Counted from the first letter of the stretch, positions 40,271-50,019 are shown. The stretch is 64,000 nt of DNA from Prevotella sp. (GCA_031285625.1 JAITVV010000017.1:62945-126944); one strand, 5' to 3'. Numbers and translations: made by a program. The notes: generated from the sequence alone by a model not told the origin.

Positions 40271-40277
40271 ATAATCA

Positions 40278-41144
40278 ATGAGGGAGACAACACAAAGTGG
40301 TTATGAGAAAGCAATAAACAGAGTTGTAGATTATATAAACAAGCATCTGTTAAAGAATCCGGATATTAAAGAGTTAGCAGAAATAGCCAATATATCCGAA
40401 TATCATTTTCATCGCATATTTAAAACAATCATTGGTGAAAATACAGGCGAATACATCAACCGACTGCGACTGGAATATATCGCTCAATGCTTACAAACAA
40501 CAAAGCTAAATCTAAGTGACTTAGCGATCAAAACAGGATATGGTACAAAATATGCCTTATCAAAAGCTTTCAAAAAACATTTTGGTGTCTCCCCTTCGAT
40601 TTATAGGAATCAAAAAGATGAGATTGAATTTTTCAAAAAGAGCGAAGAGAAGATATTCACCCTGATACCTGAAATAAGAGAGATACCATCTAAGAAAATT
40701 GTTTATATCCGTATTATTGACTGGTACGGTTCACCGGAATCCTATTATGCAGCATGGAAAAAACTTGGACAATTTGCAAAAAAGAATAATCTGGTAAATG
40801 GTCAAACGGAATTTATTGGACTGAGTTTCGATAATCCGACAATAACACTACCTGAAAATTGCCGGTTTTATGCATGTTTTACCATCGATAAGCCTGTAGA
40901 ACCGGAAGGTGCATTCGGGATACAAGAAATAGATGGCGGATTATATGCTGTATTTACGCTCAAAGGATCCTATGATGGATTAATGGATATGTATTACAAC
41001 ATATACATTAAGTGGCTACAAGAGAGCGATTATAAATTAAGAAAGGGTTGTAGTTTCGAAAAATACCTCAATAATCCTGATTACGTTTCAGAAAAAGATA
41101 TACTAACGGAAATATACATTCCCATAACAAAACGAACGAGTTAA
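40278..41144 (+). CDS. AraC family regulator with GyrI-like effector domain
   Basis: ISEYHFHRIFK, AFKKHFGVSP; DNPTIT..CRFYAC, GGLYAVF..GSY, FEKYLN..TEIYIP. Confidence 0.92.
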   Translation: MRETTQSGYEKAINRVVDYINKHLLKNPDIKELAEIANISEYHFHRIFKTIIGENTGEYINRLRLEYIAQCLQTTKLNLSDLAIKTGYGTKYALSKAFKKHFGVSPSIYRNQKDEIEFFKKSEEKIFTLIPEIREIPSKKIVYIRIIDWYGSPESYYAAWKKLGQFAKKNNLVNGQTEFIGLSFDNPTITLPENCRFYACFTIDKPVEPEGAFGIQEIDGGLYAVFTLKGSYDGLMDMYYNIYIKWLQESDYKLRKGCSFEKYLNNPDYVSEKDILTEIYIPITKRTS

Positions 41145-41149
41145 TATTT

Positions 41150-42019
41150 GTGATTCAATACATAGAGGCAAAAACAATCTTATCGAAACTCCGAGGTAAC
41201 GATTCCATGTTTGGACTAACATACAACATGAATCTCTATCGCGGATGCCAGCACGGTTGTATATATTGTGATACACGAAGTGAATGTTACGGAGTGGGAG
41301 ATATATCACAAATATCTGTAAAGAAAAATGCCCTTGAATTACTTCGTAAAGAGTTGAGAAGCAAAAAAGCTAAAGGTACAATTGGGACAGGATCTATGAA
41401 CGATCCTTATATGCCTATCGAAAAGGATACCCTTATGACCCGCAATGCCCTAACTATCATATCAGAGGCAAAGTTTCCTGTACATGTAATAACTAAAAGC
41501 AATTTAGTTGTAAGAGACTACGATATACTTCAGGAAATAAGTAAAACATATGCAGCTATAAGCATCACCATAACATGTGCTGACGATACCCTATCCCGAA
41601 AACTGGAACCCAATGCACCCTCTACATCCGATAGGCTGAAAACAATCGAGTTTTTATCTAAAAATGGTATATACACAGGAATAACCCTCATGCCTCTACT
41701 CCCCTACATAAATGATACAGAAAATAACATAAAATCTATCATACAAAAAGCTAAAGACTCAGGAGCAGCCTATATAATACCAATGTTAGGTGTTACCTTA
41801 CGCAAGGGTTCCAGAGATTATTTATATAAGGCTTTTAACAAAAGTTTTCAAGGCATGAGTGCTCTTTACCAAAAAGAATTTGGAGAGGAATATATATGCT
41901 CCAGCCCCAATTACAAGACACTACAAAAAACTTTTTATGATGAAACACACAAATTTGGAATACCATCTAAAATGAGATTCTACACACCTCAGAAAGATCA
42001 ACAATTAACTCTATTCTAA
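41150..42019 (+). CDS. radical SAM protein, spore photoproduct lyase-like family
   Basis: NLYRGCQHGCIYCD (CxxxCxxC), MNDPYMPIE, ITKS, LEPNAPS, PLLPYIND, terminal QLTLF. Confidence 0.88.
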   Translation: MIQYIEAKTILSKLRGNDSMFGLTYNMNLYRGCQHGCIYCDTRSECYGVGDISQISVKKNALELLRKELRSKKAKGTIGTGSMNDPYMPIEKDTLMTRNALTIISEAKFPVHVITKSNLVVRDYDILQEISKTYAAISITITCADDTLSRKLEPNAPSTSDRLKTIEFLSKNGIYTGITLMPLLPYINDTENNIKSIIQKAKDSGAAYIIPMLGVTLRKGSRDYLYKAFNKSFQGMSALYQKEFGEEYICSSPNYKTLQKTFYDETHKFGIPSKMRFYTPQKDQQLTLF

Positions 42020-42020
42020 T

Positions 42021-42794
42021 ATGGACATTATAACATTAACACAAGAAAACATTGCTGCAGAACATATATGCTGTGCAATGAGCAGCAAATCGTCAGAAAT
42101 AGGGATCAACGCTAAAAAAGAATGGCTGAAATGCAGAATGCAGGAAGGCTTGAAGTTTAAGAAGCTAGATGCCAGAGGAAAAGTATTTATAGAATATCTA
42201 CCTGCAGAGAATGCCTGGCTACCTATTACTGCCGATGGCTATATACTTATCAATTGTTTCTGGGTTTCCGGTTCATTCAAAGGGAAAGGCTATGGGAAAC
42301 AGTTACTTACCGAATGTGAGAAAGATGCTAAAGAACAAGGATATAAAGGGATTACCTTAATTGTTGGACAAAAGAAAAAGCCATACTTATCTGATAAAAC
42401 TTTTATGCTGAAACATGGATATCAGGTATGTGATAGCTGTCCACCATATTTCGAACTGATAGCTAAACGCTTTGATAAAAAAGCACCACTACCTCAATTT
42501 AAAGCCTGCGCACATGAAGGGATGGGAAATGGGATTCAGGGAATCGATATATTCTTCACAGCGCAATGTCCATTTACAGTACCATATACAAGATTATTAG
42601 AACCAATTATATTGGCCTCTGAGTATCCTGTACGGCTACATCAAATTACATCAAAGGAAATGGCACAAAATCATCTTTGCCCGGTTACCACATATAGCAT
42701 ATTTATTAATGGACAGTTTTATTCGAATGAAATACTAACACCAGATAAGTTAACTAAACTAATTGAAGCGAGTAATAAAAAGGTTGAACGATAG
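42021..42794 (+). CDS. GNAT acetyltransferase with C-terminal YoaP domain
   Basis: EHICCA, FIEYLPAENAW, CFWVSGSFKGKGYG, QCPF, CPVTTYSIFING. Confidence 0.85.
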   Translation: MDIITLTQENIAAEHICCAMSSKSSEIGINAKKEWLKCRMQEGLKFKKLDARGKVFIEYLPAENAWLPITADGYILINCFWVSGSFKGKGYGKQLLTECEKDAKEQGYKGITLIVGQKKKPYLSDKTFMLKHGYQVCDSCPPYFELIAKRFDKKAPLPQFKACAHEGMGNGIQGIDIFFTAQCPFTVPYTRLLEPIILASEYPVRLHQITSKEMAQNHLCPVTTYSIFINGQFYSNEILTPDKLTKLIEASNKKVER

Positions 42795-42816
42795 TAAATA
42801 TTTTACTATCGTTCAA
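42785..42816. terminator. bidirectional hairpin/terminator
   Basis: TTGAACGATAGTAAA..TTTACTATCGTTCAA between convergent genes. Confidence 0.75.
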
Positions 42817-42820
42817 TATA

Positions 42821-43810
42821 TTATTTAGTTACAGCAAATGTTGTAGGATATTCAACAGGATAAAGCTTTTCTCCACCCAATAATCTTATATAAGTAGAGA
42901 AAGTACGCTTTCCTTCCTCTAGTTCTATCACACGGCAACCGTTCTTTCCCAGATTGTTATACTCGGTATTACCTCCTGAGAAACGGCCGTAAGCAAGATA
43001 TATGCCGTAGTACTCGCCGATGTAGTCATTGTCATGGTCGTGGCCTACAAAGGTACCCATCACATCCCCGGCTTCACGCATGGCAGCAAACATACCGGTG
43101 TTTAGCTTACCATTACATTCCTTTTCATCCTTGCTGCCGATTAGTTCATCATACTTTTCAGCCTTCATCAATGGATACTCAGCCAAAGGTATATGAAAGA
43201 ATGCCAGAGCCGGAAGTGGGTTTCCTTCATTCTCTTTTGTATAAGCAGTACTTTCTCTCTTATACCATTCTATCTGATTAAAAGCAAGCCAGTCATATGT
43301 ACCCAGCCCTTTTATCGGAGTGTACGCACCCGAATCGAAAAAGTAGAGGACAGACTTTATCTTATCATCAAGACCTTTCACCTCAAGTATGTAATTTCCA
43401 ATACCTTTCAGGGATTTGTCTCCAGCCTGCGCCAGGCAATATGGTTTCTCTACCACAAAGTCCATTATTTCCTGCAGTGTCATTCCCTGTTCATGATCGT
43501 GGTTACCAAAGACATATGCCCAAGGTATTTTGCGGTCTATCACAGGATTAAATACATCATTCAGCCCTTCTTTTACAGGCTTAGCATAAATAACATCCCC
43601 CGTGAAAACAACAAAATCGGGCTTTTCGGCATCCAGGACTTCATTAATCAGTTTAATAGCGACTGCAGACTCGGTATTCTCTTTCTGATAATGAATATCA
43701 GTAAATTGGATAATCTTGAATTTTCCTTCAGTATTGAAATGCAAAGACTGTTTTTGGGCATTCATCGAAACAGAGAATAGGACGAGTAATGTAATAATAA
43801 GATCACGCAT
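42821..43810 (-). CDS. exported calcineurin-like metallophosphoesterase (Dcr2/PAP-like)
   Basis: QFTDIH, FTGDV, FGNHDHE, FFHIP, GHDHDND. Confidence 0.9.
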   Translation of the reverse strand: MRDLIITLLVLFSVSMNAQKQSLHFNTEGKFKIIQFTDIHYQKENTESAVAIKLINEVLDAEKPDFVVFTGDVIYAKPVKEGLNDVFNPVIDRKIPWAYVFGNHDHEQGMTLQEIMDFVVEKPYCLAQAGDKSLKGIGNYILEVKGLDDKIKSVLYFFDSGAYTPIKGLGTYDWLAFNQIEWYKRESTAYTKENEGNPLPALAFFHIPLAEYPLMKAEKYDELIGSKDEKECNGKLNTGMFAAMREAGDVMGTFVGHDHDNDYIGEYYGIYLAYGRFSGGNTEYNNLGKNGCRVIELEEGKRTFSTYIRLLGGEKLYPVEYPTTFAVTK

Positions 43811-43939
43811 GTTTTTATGTATTTAGATAAATTTGTTCTAACAAGAGTATTACAAAGGTATAACCTTTTAGGCTTACAGGCAACCATAGCCTAAAAAAAA
43901 CAACAATCATTAATCAAAATAAAAAAATCGCGGGGAATA

Positions 43940-43969
43940 TTTGTTAGATTCATTTTTTTTATATCTTTG
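43940..43969 (+). promoter_or_regulatory. trp operon promoter
   Basis: TTTG (43940-43943) and TATCTTTG (43962-43969) match the Bacteroidota -33/-7 consensus. Confidence 0.65.
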
Positions 43970-43990
43970 CAAAAACAAAAAGTAAGAAGA

Positions 43991-44050
43991 ATGAATTTTC
44001 TATTAACAAATACATTTTGGTGGTGGCACTCTCAACTGGAAAAGTCGTGA
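43991..44050 (+). CDS. trpL: trp leader peptide MNFLLTNTFWWWHSQLEKS
   Basis: 19-codon ORF with three tandem TGG codons (44018-44026) directly upstream of trpB. Confidence 0.9.
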   Translation: MNFLLTNTFWWWHSQLEKS

Positions 44051-44097
44051 GCCAAATCGGTGTGTATTTATAAATAGAAAGTTTATATCAAAAATAC

Positions 44098-44131
44098 AAA
44101 GCCTGTCGTAACTCACGATAGGCTTTTTTTT
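44098..44131 (+). terminator. trp attenuator terminator
   Basis: AAAGCCTGTCGT-aactc-ACGATAGGCTTTTTTTT; TCGTGAG (44045-44051) can pair with CTCACGA (44112-44118) as an antiterminator. Confidence 0.88.
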
Positions 44132-44158
44132 ATGACAATATAACAAACACAATATAAA

Positions 44159-45340
44159 ATGGAAAAATTTACAGTTGATACGAACGGTTTTTACGGGGAA
44201 TTTGGAGGAGCTTATATTCCTGAGATTCTTTACGACAATGTAGAGACATTGAAGGACTCCTACCTCAAAATTATAGAAGACCCTGCTTTTCAGAAAGAAT
44301 ATAATGACCTTCTTAGAGATTATGCCGGGCGCCCTTCCCCTCTCTACTTAGCCAATAGATTATCCGGAAAGTACGGATGCAAAATATACCTGAAGCGGGA
44401 AGACCTCAACCATACAGGTTCGCACAAGATAAACAATGCACTGGGACAGGCACTTATTGCACGCAGGATGGGTAAAACCCGTATTCTGGCCGAGACAGGA
44501 GCAGGTCAACACGGTGTGGCTACAGCAACTGTCTGTGCCCTGATGAATATGGAGTGTATTGTATATATGGGCGCTACTGATGTAGAACGCCAAAAGCTGA
44601 ATGTACAGAAAATGGAAATGCTGGGAGCTACAGTTATCCCTGTTACCAGTGGCAATATGACGCTTAAAGATGCCACCAACGAAGCTATTCGCGACTGGTG
44701 TAGTCATCCATCCGATACATACTATGTGATTGGTTCTACTATCGGTCCACATCCCTACCCTGATATGGTAGCTCGCCTGCAGTCTGTTATCAGTCAAGAA
44801 ATTCGCAAACAGCTCAAAGAAAAAGAAGGTCGCGAAACGCCTGACTATCTTATTGCCTGTGTAGGCGGAGGAAGTAATGCTGCGGGAACGATCTATCATT
44901 TTATAGATGAACCTCAGACTAAGATTGTGTTGGCCGAAGCTGCAGGAAAAGGAATAGATACTGGAGAATCCGCAGCGACAATTCATTTGGGCAGACGGGG
45001 TATCATACATGGCTGCAAAACCCTGATTATGCAGTCGGAAGACGGACAAATAGAAGAGCCATATTCCATCTCGGCAGGACTCGATTATCCAGGCATTGGA
45101 CCAATGCATGCACACCTTTCTCAGATAGGGCGATCAGAAGTATTAGCCGTAACAGATAACGAAGCCATGAAAGCTGCATTTGAACTCACAAAACTGGAAG
45201 GGATTATTCCGGCGATAGAATCAGCTCACGCTTTGGGTGCATTGGAAAAGAAGAAATTCAAGACTGATGATGTGATTGTACTCTGCCTTTCAGGACGTGG
45301 TGATAAAGATATGGAGACGTATATTAATTATAAGAGCTAA
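44159..45340 (+). CDS. trpB: tryptophan synthase beta chain (TrpB1)
   Basis: KREDLNHTGSHKINN, AETGAGQHG, GGGSN, SAGLDYPG, LSGRGDKD. Confidence 0.97.
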   Translation: MEKFTVDTNGFYGEFGGAYIPEILYDNVETLKDSYLKIIEDPAFQKEYNDLLRDYAGRPSPLYLANRLSGKYGCKIYLKREDLNHTGSHKINNALGQALIARRMGKTRILAETGAGQHGVATATVCALMNMECIVYMGATDVERQKLNVQKMEMLGATVIPVTSGNMTLKDATNEAIRDWCSHPSDTYYVIGSTIGPHPYPDMVARLQSVISQEIRKQLKEKEGRETPDYLIACVGGGSNAAGTIYHFIDEPQTKIVLAEAAGKGIDTGESAATIHLGRRGIIHGCKTLIMQSEDGQIEEPYSISAGLDYPGIGPMHAHLSQIGRSEVLAVTDNEAMKAAFELTKLEGIIPAIESAHALGALEKKKFKTDDVIVLCLSGRGDKDMETYINYKS

Positions 45341-45344
45341 AAAC

Positions 45345-46751
45345 ATGAAATACAATATACAAGTAAAAACTAAAAATCTTCTGGCCGACCTTCAAACCCC
45401 TGTTGGTATCTACCTAAAAGTAAGAGATGTATATCCCGAATCTGCATTACTTGAAAGTTCGGATTATCATGGTGGGGAAAACAGTTATTCATTTATAGGA
45501 ATAAGCCCTATTGCACGGTTTAAAGTTGAGAATGATGAGATAACCACTACGTATCCCGATAATACAACCAGACAGGAAACACTATTAGGTCATGAAAAAT
45601 TGACTGATAAATTTAATAATTTCATCAAGCAATTTGATGTGCAGGGCGAAAATAAAACGAATATAAATGGTTTTTTCGGTTATACTTCTTATGATGCCAT
45701 ACGCTACTTCGAAGCTGTTGACCCGGTGAATACAAAACTGAGAAATGCTGACCTTCCGGAATTCTATTATATACTATATCGCTTCATCCTGGTTATTAAT
45801 CATCTGAAAAACGAACTGACCATTGTAGAGAATATAGTAGAAGGTGTACAGGAGAAAACGCCCGAGCTCGAAGCTATCCTTACAAACAACAATATTGCAT
45901 CTTATAACTTTGAATCTATCGGAAGCGAACAATCAATGATTACAGATGATGAGCATCAGGAAATGATAAAGAAAGGCATTGCCCATTGCAAACGTGGAGA
46001 TGTATTCCAGATTGTCCTTTCACGCTGTTTCACTCAAAAGTTTTCAGGTGACGACTTTAAGGTATACCGTTCCCTGCGTTCTATTAATCCTTCCCCTTAT
46101 CTATTCTATTTCGATTTCGGTTCTTACCGTATTTTCGGTTCATCGCCCGAAACCCATTGTAAAATAACAAAAGGGAAAGCCTATATAGATCCCATTGCGG
46201 GCACATATTTCCGTACAGGGGATGATGAAAAAGACCGTATCCTGTCCGAAAACCTGTTGAATGACGAGAAAGAAAATGCCGAGCATGTTATGCTGGTTGA
46301 CCTTGCAAGGAATGACCTTAGCCGTAACTGCTACGATGTACAGGTTGAATTTTATAAGAATGTGCAATTTTATTCCCATGTAATTCATCTGGTATCACGT
46401 GTCAGTGGTATTGTCGACAAAGGGAATAACAATATTTCCGTCTTTGCGGATACATTTCCGGCAGGTACACTATCCGGCGCGCCAAAAGTAAGGGCTATGC
46501 AACTGATACGCGATATAGAGAAACAAATGCGTGGCGTATATGGGGGATGTATCGGTTATATAGGCTTCAACGGTGACCTCAACCAGGCTATCACTATCCG
46601 CACATTTCTGAGCCGCAATAATACACTTTATTATCAGGCAGGGGGTGGCATTGTTTCCAAATCGAACCCCGAAACAGAAGTAATGGAAGTAAAGAATAAG
46701 CTTGGTGCTTTAACTAAAGCTGTAAAATTTGCAGAAGAATTAAGAAATTAA
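45345..46751 (+). CDS. trpE: anthranilate synthase component I
   Basis: LLES, GDVFQIVLS, NPSPY, PIAGT, KENAEHVMLVDLARND, PAGTLSGAPK; ATG at 45345. Confidence 0.95.
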   Translation: MKYNIQVKTKNLLADLQTPVGIYLKVRDVYPESALLESSDYHGGENSYSFIGISPIARFKVENDEITTTYPDNTTRQETLLGHEKLTDKFNNFIKQFDVQGENKTNINGFFGYTSYDAIRYFEAVDPVNTKLRNADLPEFYYILYRFILVINHLKNELTIVENIVEGVQEKTPELEAILTNNNIASYNFESIGSEQSMITDDEHQEMIKKGIAHCKRGDVFQIVLSRCFTQKFSGDDFKVYRSLRSINPSPYLFYFDFGSYRIFGSSPETHCKITKGKAYIDPIAGTYFRTGDDEKDRILSENLLNDEKENAEHVMLVDLARNDLSRNCYDVQVEFYKNVQFYSHVIHLVSRVSGIVDKGNNNISVFADTFPAGTLSGAPKVRAMQLIRDIEKQMRGVYGGCIGYIGFNGDLNQAITIRTFLSRNNTLYYQAGGGIVSKSNPETEVMEVKNKLGALTKAVKFAEELRN

Positions 46752-46765
46752 AAAATTAATAATAT

Positions 46766-46810
46766 AAGCTTTAGCCAAGCTAAAAGCTAACGGCTAAAAG
46801 CTAAAAGCTT
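46766..46810. repeat. heptamer (GCTAANR) tandem array
   Basis: GCTAAAA GCTAACG GCTAAAA GCTAAAA preceded by inverted GCTTTAGC. Confidence 0.75.
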
Positions 46811-46815
46811 AAAAG

Positions 46816-47382
46816 ATGAAAATCCTGATATTCGATAATTACGACTCATTCACATATAATCTGGTACATCTGGTCAAAGAAATGGGGTATACAGATGTGG
46901 ATGTATATAGAAATGACAAAATAGCACTCGAAGATATCGCTAAATATGATAAAATAATTCTGTCTCCTGGTCCGGGCATTCCTTCCGAAGCAGGTTTGCT
47001 TCTACCTTTAATTAAAGAGTATGCCAGTAAAAAACCTATACTGGGCGTATGCCTCGGACATCAGGCTATAGGAGAAGCTTTCGGAGCAAAATTAAAAAAT
47101 CTGGAAGATGTATATCACGGAGTGGCAACACAGATAATAATAAACGAACCGGATTATCTATTCGATGGATTAGATAAATATGTGGAAGTAGGCCGCTATC
47201 ATTCATGGATAGTAGATAATACCAATTTGCCGGGATGCATCGAGGTTACGGCCACAGACAGAAACGGACAGATAATGGCTTTGCGACATAAAGAATATGA
47301 TATACATGGCGTACAGTTCCATCCTGAGTCCGTTTTAACTCCTGTGGGAGAAGTAATAGTAAAAAATTTCTTAAACAAATAA
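46816..47382 (+). CDS. trpG: anthranilate synthase component II
   Basis: DNYDSFTYNL, SPGPG, GVCLGHQ, RYHS, QFHPES. Confidence 0.96.
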   Translation: MKILIFDNYDSFTYNLVHLVKEMGYTDVDVYRNDKIALEDIAKYDKIILSPGPGIPSEAGLLLPLIKEYASKKPILGVCLGHQAIGEAFGAKLKNLEDVYHGVATQIIINEPDYLFDGLDKYVEVGRYHSWIVDNTNLPGCIEVTATDRNGQIMALRHKEYDIHGVQFHPESVLTPVGEVIVKNFLNK

Positions 47383-47398
47383 ATAAAATCTAACACAC

Positions 47399-48760
47399 AT
47401 GAACAAGAAAATCATTTTAAGCGAAAACGACATCCCGAAAAGCTGGTACAACATTGTGGCGGATATGAAAAATAAGCCACTGCCACCTCTTCATCCGGGG
47501 ACAAAAAAGCCATTGGAAGTAAGTGATCTGGAACCAATATTTGCAACAGAGCTTGCTAAACAGGAACTAAATAGTACTGACCGCTGGATAGAAATCCCTG
47601 AACCAATACGAGAACTATATAAGAACTATCGTCCGACTCCACTTGTACGTGCTTATGGACTGGAGAAAGCTTTGGATACTCCGGCACATATTTACTTCAA
47701 GAATGAGAGTGTCAGTCCTGTAGGCTCACACAAACTGAACTCGGCAATCGCACAAGCCTATTACTGTAAAGAGCAGGGAGTAACAAATATTACCACTGAA
47801 ACCGGAGCCGGACAATGGGGTGCAGCCTTATCGTATGCGGCTAATCATTTCGGACTCGATTTGGCTGTTTATATGGTAAAAATCAGTTATCATCAGAAGC
47901 CTTACCGCCGTTCCATTATGCAGACATACGGCGCAGAAGTCATAGCCTCGCCAAGTATGAGTACCAAAGCCGGACGGAAGATTATTACTGATAACCCTAC
48001 ATATCAGGGAAGCCTCGGAACAGCCATATCAGAAGCCATAGAACTGGCCCTGAATACACCAAATTGTAAATACACATTAGGCAGTGTATTGAATCATGTA
48101 GCACTTCATCAGACCATCATTGGATTGGAGGCAGAAAAACAGATGGAAATAGCTGGGGAATATCCGGATGTAGTTATCGGTTGCTTTGGCGGCGGTTCCA
48201 ATTTTTCGGGTATCAGTTTCCCATTCCTGCGCCATAAACTGACCGAAGGTAAGGACGTACGCCTTATTGCGGCAGAGCCGGCATCATGTCCTAAATTAAC
48301 GCGTGGCAAATTTGAGTATGACTTTGGTGACGAAGCCGGATATACACCTCTGCTGCCTATGTACACGCTGGGGCACAATTTTGCTCCTGCGAATATCCAT
48401 GCAGGAGGACTCCGGTATCATGGTGCTGGAACAATTGTCAGCCAATTGATGAAGGATGGGTATATAGAAGCTATGGACGTGAAACAACTCGATACATTCG
48501 AAGCTGCCCTACTATTTGCAAAAGCAGAAGGTATAATCCCTGCACCTGAATCTTCGCATGCTATATATGCCGCCATTCAGGAAGCATTGAAAGCAAAAGA
48601 AGAAGGCAGGCAAAAAACAATCCTGTTCAATTTATCCGGGCACGGACTTATCGATATGGCTGCTTACGATCGTTATTTCGATGGTGAATTGTCTAATCAT
48701 GCGCTATCTGATGAAGAAATAGCAAAAACAACAGATAATTTGGAGCATCTGGTTCCATAA
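47399..48760 (+). CDS. trpB2: TrpB2-type tryptophan synthase beta (PLP enzyme)
   Basis: IPKSWYNI, RPTPLVRA, GSHKLNSA, TETGAGQWG, IHAGGLRYHG, NLSGHG. Confidence 0.93.
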   Translation: MNKKIILSENDIPKSWYNIVADMKNKPLPPLHPGTKKPLEVSDLEPIFATELAKQELNSTDRWIEIPEPIRELYKNYRPTPLVRAYGLEKALDTPAHIYFKNESVSPVGSHKLNSAIAQAYYCKEQGVTNITTETGAGQWGAALSYAANHFGLDLAVYMVKISYHQKPYRRSIMQTYGAEVIASPSMSTKAGRKIITDNPTYQGSLGTAISEAIELALNTPNCKYTLGSVLNHVALHQTIIGLEAEKQMEIAGEYPDVVIGCFGGGSNFSGISFPFLRHKLTEGKDVRLIAAEPASCPKLTRGKFEYDFGDEAGYTPLLPMYTLGHNFAPANIHAGGLRYHGAGTIVSQLMKDGYIEAMDVKQLDTFEAALLFAKAEGIIPAPESSHAIYAAIQEALKAKEEGRQKTILFNLSGHGLIDMAAYDRYFDGELSNHALSDEEIAKTTDNLEHLVP

Positions 48761-48767
48761 ATTAAAC

Positions 48768-48835
48768 TTTTAGCTGATAGCCGTTAGCAATATTATAACG
48801 GCTAAAAGCTAATAGCTATAAGCTAACAGCTAAAA
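48768..48835. repeat. inverted heptamer arrays
   Basis: TAGCTGA TAGCCGT TAGC ... GCTAAAA GCTAATA GCTATAA GCTAACA GCTAAAA. Confidence 0.8.
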
Positions 48836-48838
48836 AAC

Positions 48839-49840
48839 ATGAAACAAATACTAAATAGACTTTTCGAACATCAATACCTCAACCGGGACGAAGCAAAGGA
48901 AATATTGACAACAATGTCTGCCGGAGAATATAATGATTCTGAAATAGCAGCATTTATCAGCGTCTTCCTTATGCGTAGCATCAGTGTAGATGAATTTCTC
49001 GGATTCTCGGATGCATTGCTTGACCTGCGAGCCAATGTAGACGCACTGGCAGCATATAACCCAATCGACATAGTAGGTACAGGAGGAGACAACAAAAATA
49101 CATTCAACATTTCTACACTGGCATGCTTTGTTGTAGCTGCATCAGGGTATAAGGTTGCCAAACATGGGAATTATGGAGCAACCTCAGTTAGCGGGGCATC
49201 CAATGTGATGGAACAGCACGGTGTAAAGTTTACCTCTGATGTGAGCAAACTGGAAGAATCGTTGGATAAAACCAATATTGCTTATATGCACGCGCCTTTA
49301 TTCAATAATGCACTGAAAGTTGTTGCCCCTGTGCGTAAGGCTTTAGGTGTACGTACTTTCTTCAATATGCTTGGACCAGTGGTAAATCCTATCCGGCCTA
49401 AACGGACAGTATTAGGAGTTTTCAATCTCAAAATGGCTCGCCTGTACTTCTATATGTATCAACAAACAGACGTAGACTATTCGATTGTACATAGTCTGGA
49501 TGGATATGATGAAATCTCTCTTACCTGTGACTTTAAGATTATCAATAAGCTGGAAGAAAAAATATACAGTCCTGAACAAATCGGCCTTGAACGTTGCACA
49601 GAACTAGATCTGGATGGAGGGGCTACTCCGGAAGACGCATCAAAGATATTTGATAATGTAATCAGCAATACAGCTACCAAAGCTCAGAAAAATGCAGTAA
49701 TAGCAAATGCGGCAGCAGCTATTCAGACAATCAATCCGGCTATGTCATTCCAGGACAGTATAACACAGGCACGCGAAACAATTGAAAGTGGACGGTTGAA
49801 GGATACATTTTTGAAGTTTCTGGAGTTGAATACTATATAG
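48839..49840 (+). CDS. trpD: anthranilate phosphoribosyltransferase
   Basis: DIVGTGGD..TFNIST, KHGN, RTFFNMLGP, DGYDEIS. Confidence 0.96.
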   Translation: MKQILNRLFEHQYLNRDEAKEILTTMSAGEYNDSEIAAFISVFLMRSISVDEFLGFSDALLDLRANVDALAAYNPIDIVGTGGDNKNTFNISTLACFVVAASGYKVAKHGNYGATSVSGASNVMEQHGVKFTSDVSKLEESLDKTNIAYMHAPLFNNALKVVAPVRKALGVRTFFNMLGPVVNPIRPKRTVLGVFNLKMARLYFYMYQQTDVDYSIVHSLDGYDEISLTCDFKIINKLEEKIYSPEQIGLERCTELDLDGGATPEDASKIFDNVISNTATKAQKNAVIANAAAAIQTINPAMSFQDSITQARETIESGRLKDTFLKFLELNTI

Positions 49841-49876
49841 TTGCAAAAACAAAGGAGATAGTGACGAGTTTCTTTC

Positions 49877-49971
49877 TGTCATTCTGAATGAAATGAAGAA
49901 TCTCGACCCTCCGGACACGAGATGTTTCACTCCTGGTTGGCTCCGCCGATTCTTACGAATTCAACATGACA
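49877..49971 (+). repeat. TGTC-tagged REP-like element
   Basis: TGTCATTCTGAATGAAATGAAGAATCTC...GAGATGTTTCAC...TTCAACATGACA. Confidence 0.75.
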
Positions 49972-50019
49972 AAGAGAAAATAATAATTACTTTTGATACA
50001 GCCTAACAGCTTATTTAAA

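Noticed and set aside
43193-43780. 195-aa ORF on the + strand
   Set aside because: Antisense to the metallophosphoesterase, with no protein-like features.
44360-45115. 251-aa antisense ORF
   Set aside because: It lies wholly opposite trpB and has no recognisable motifs; a shadow ORF.
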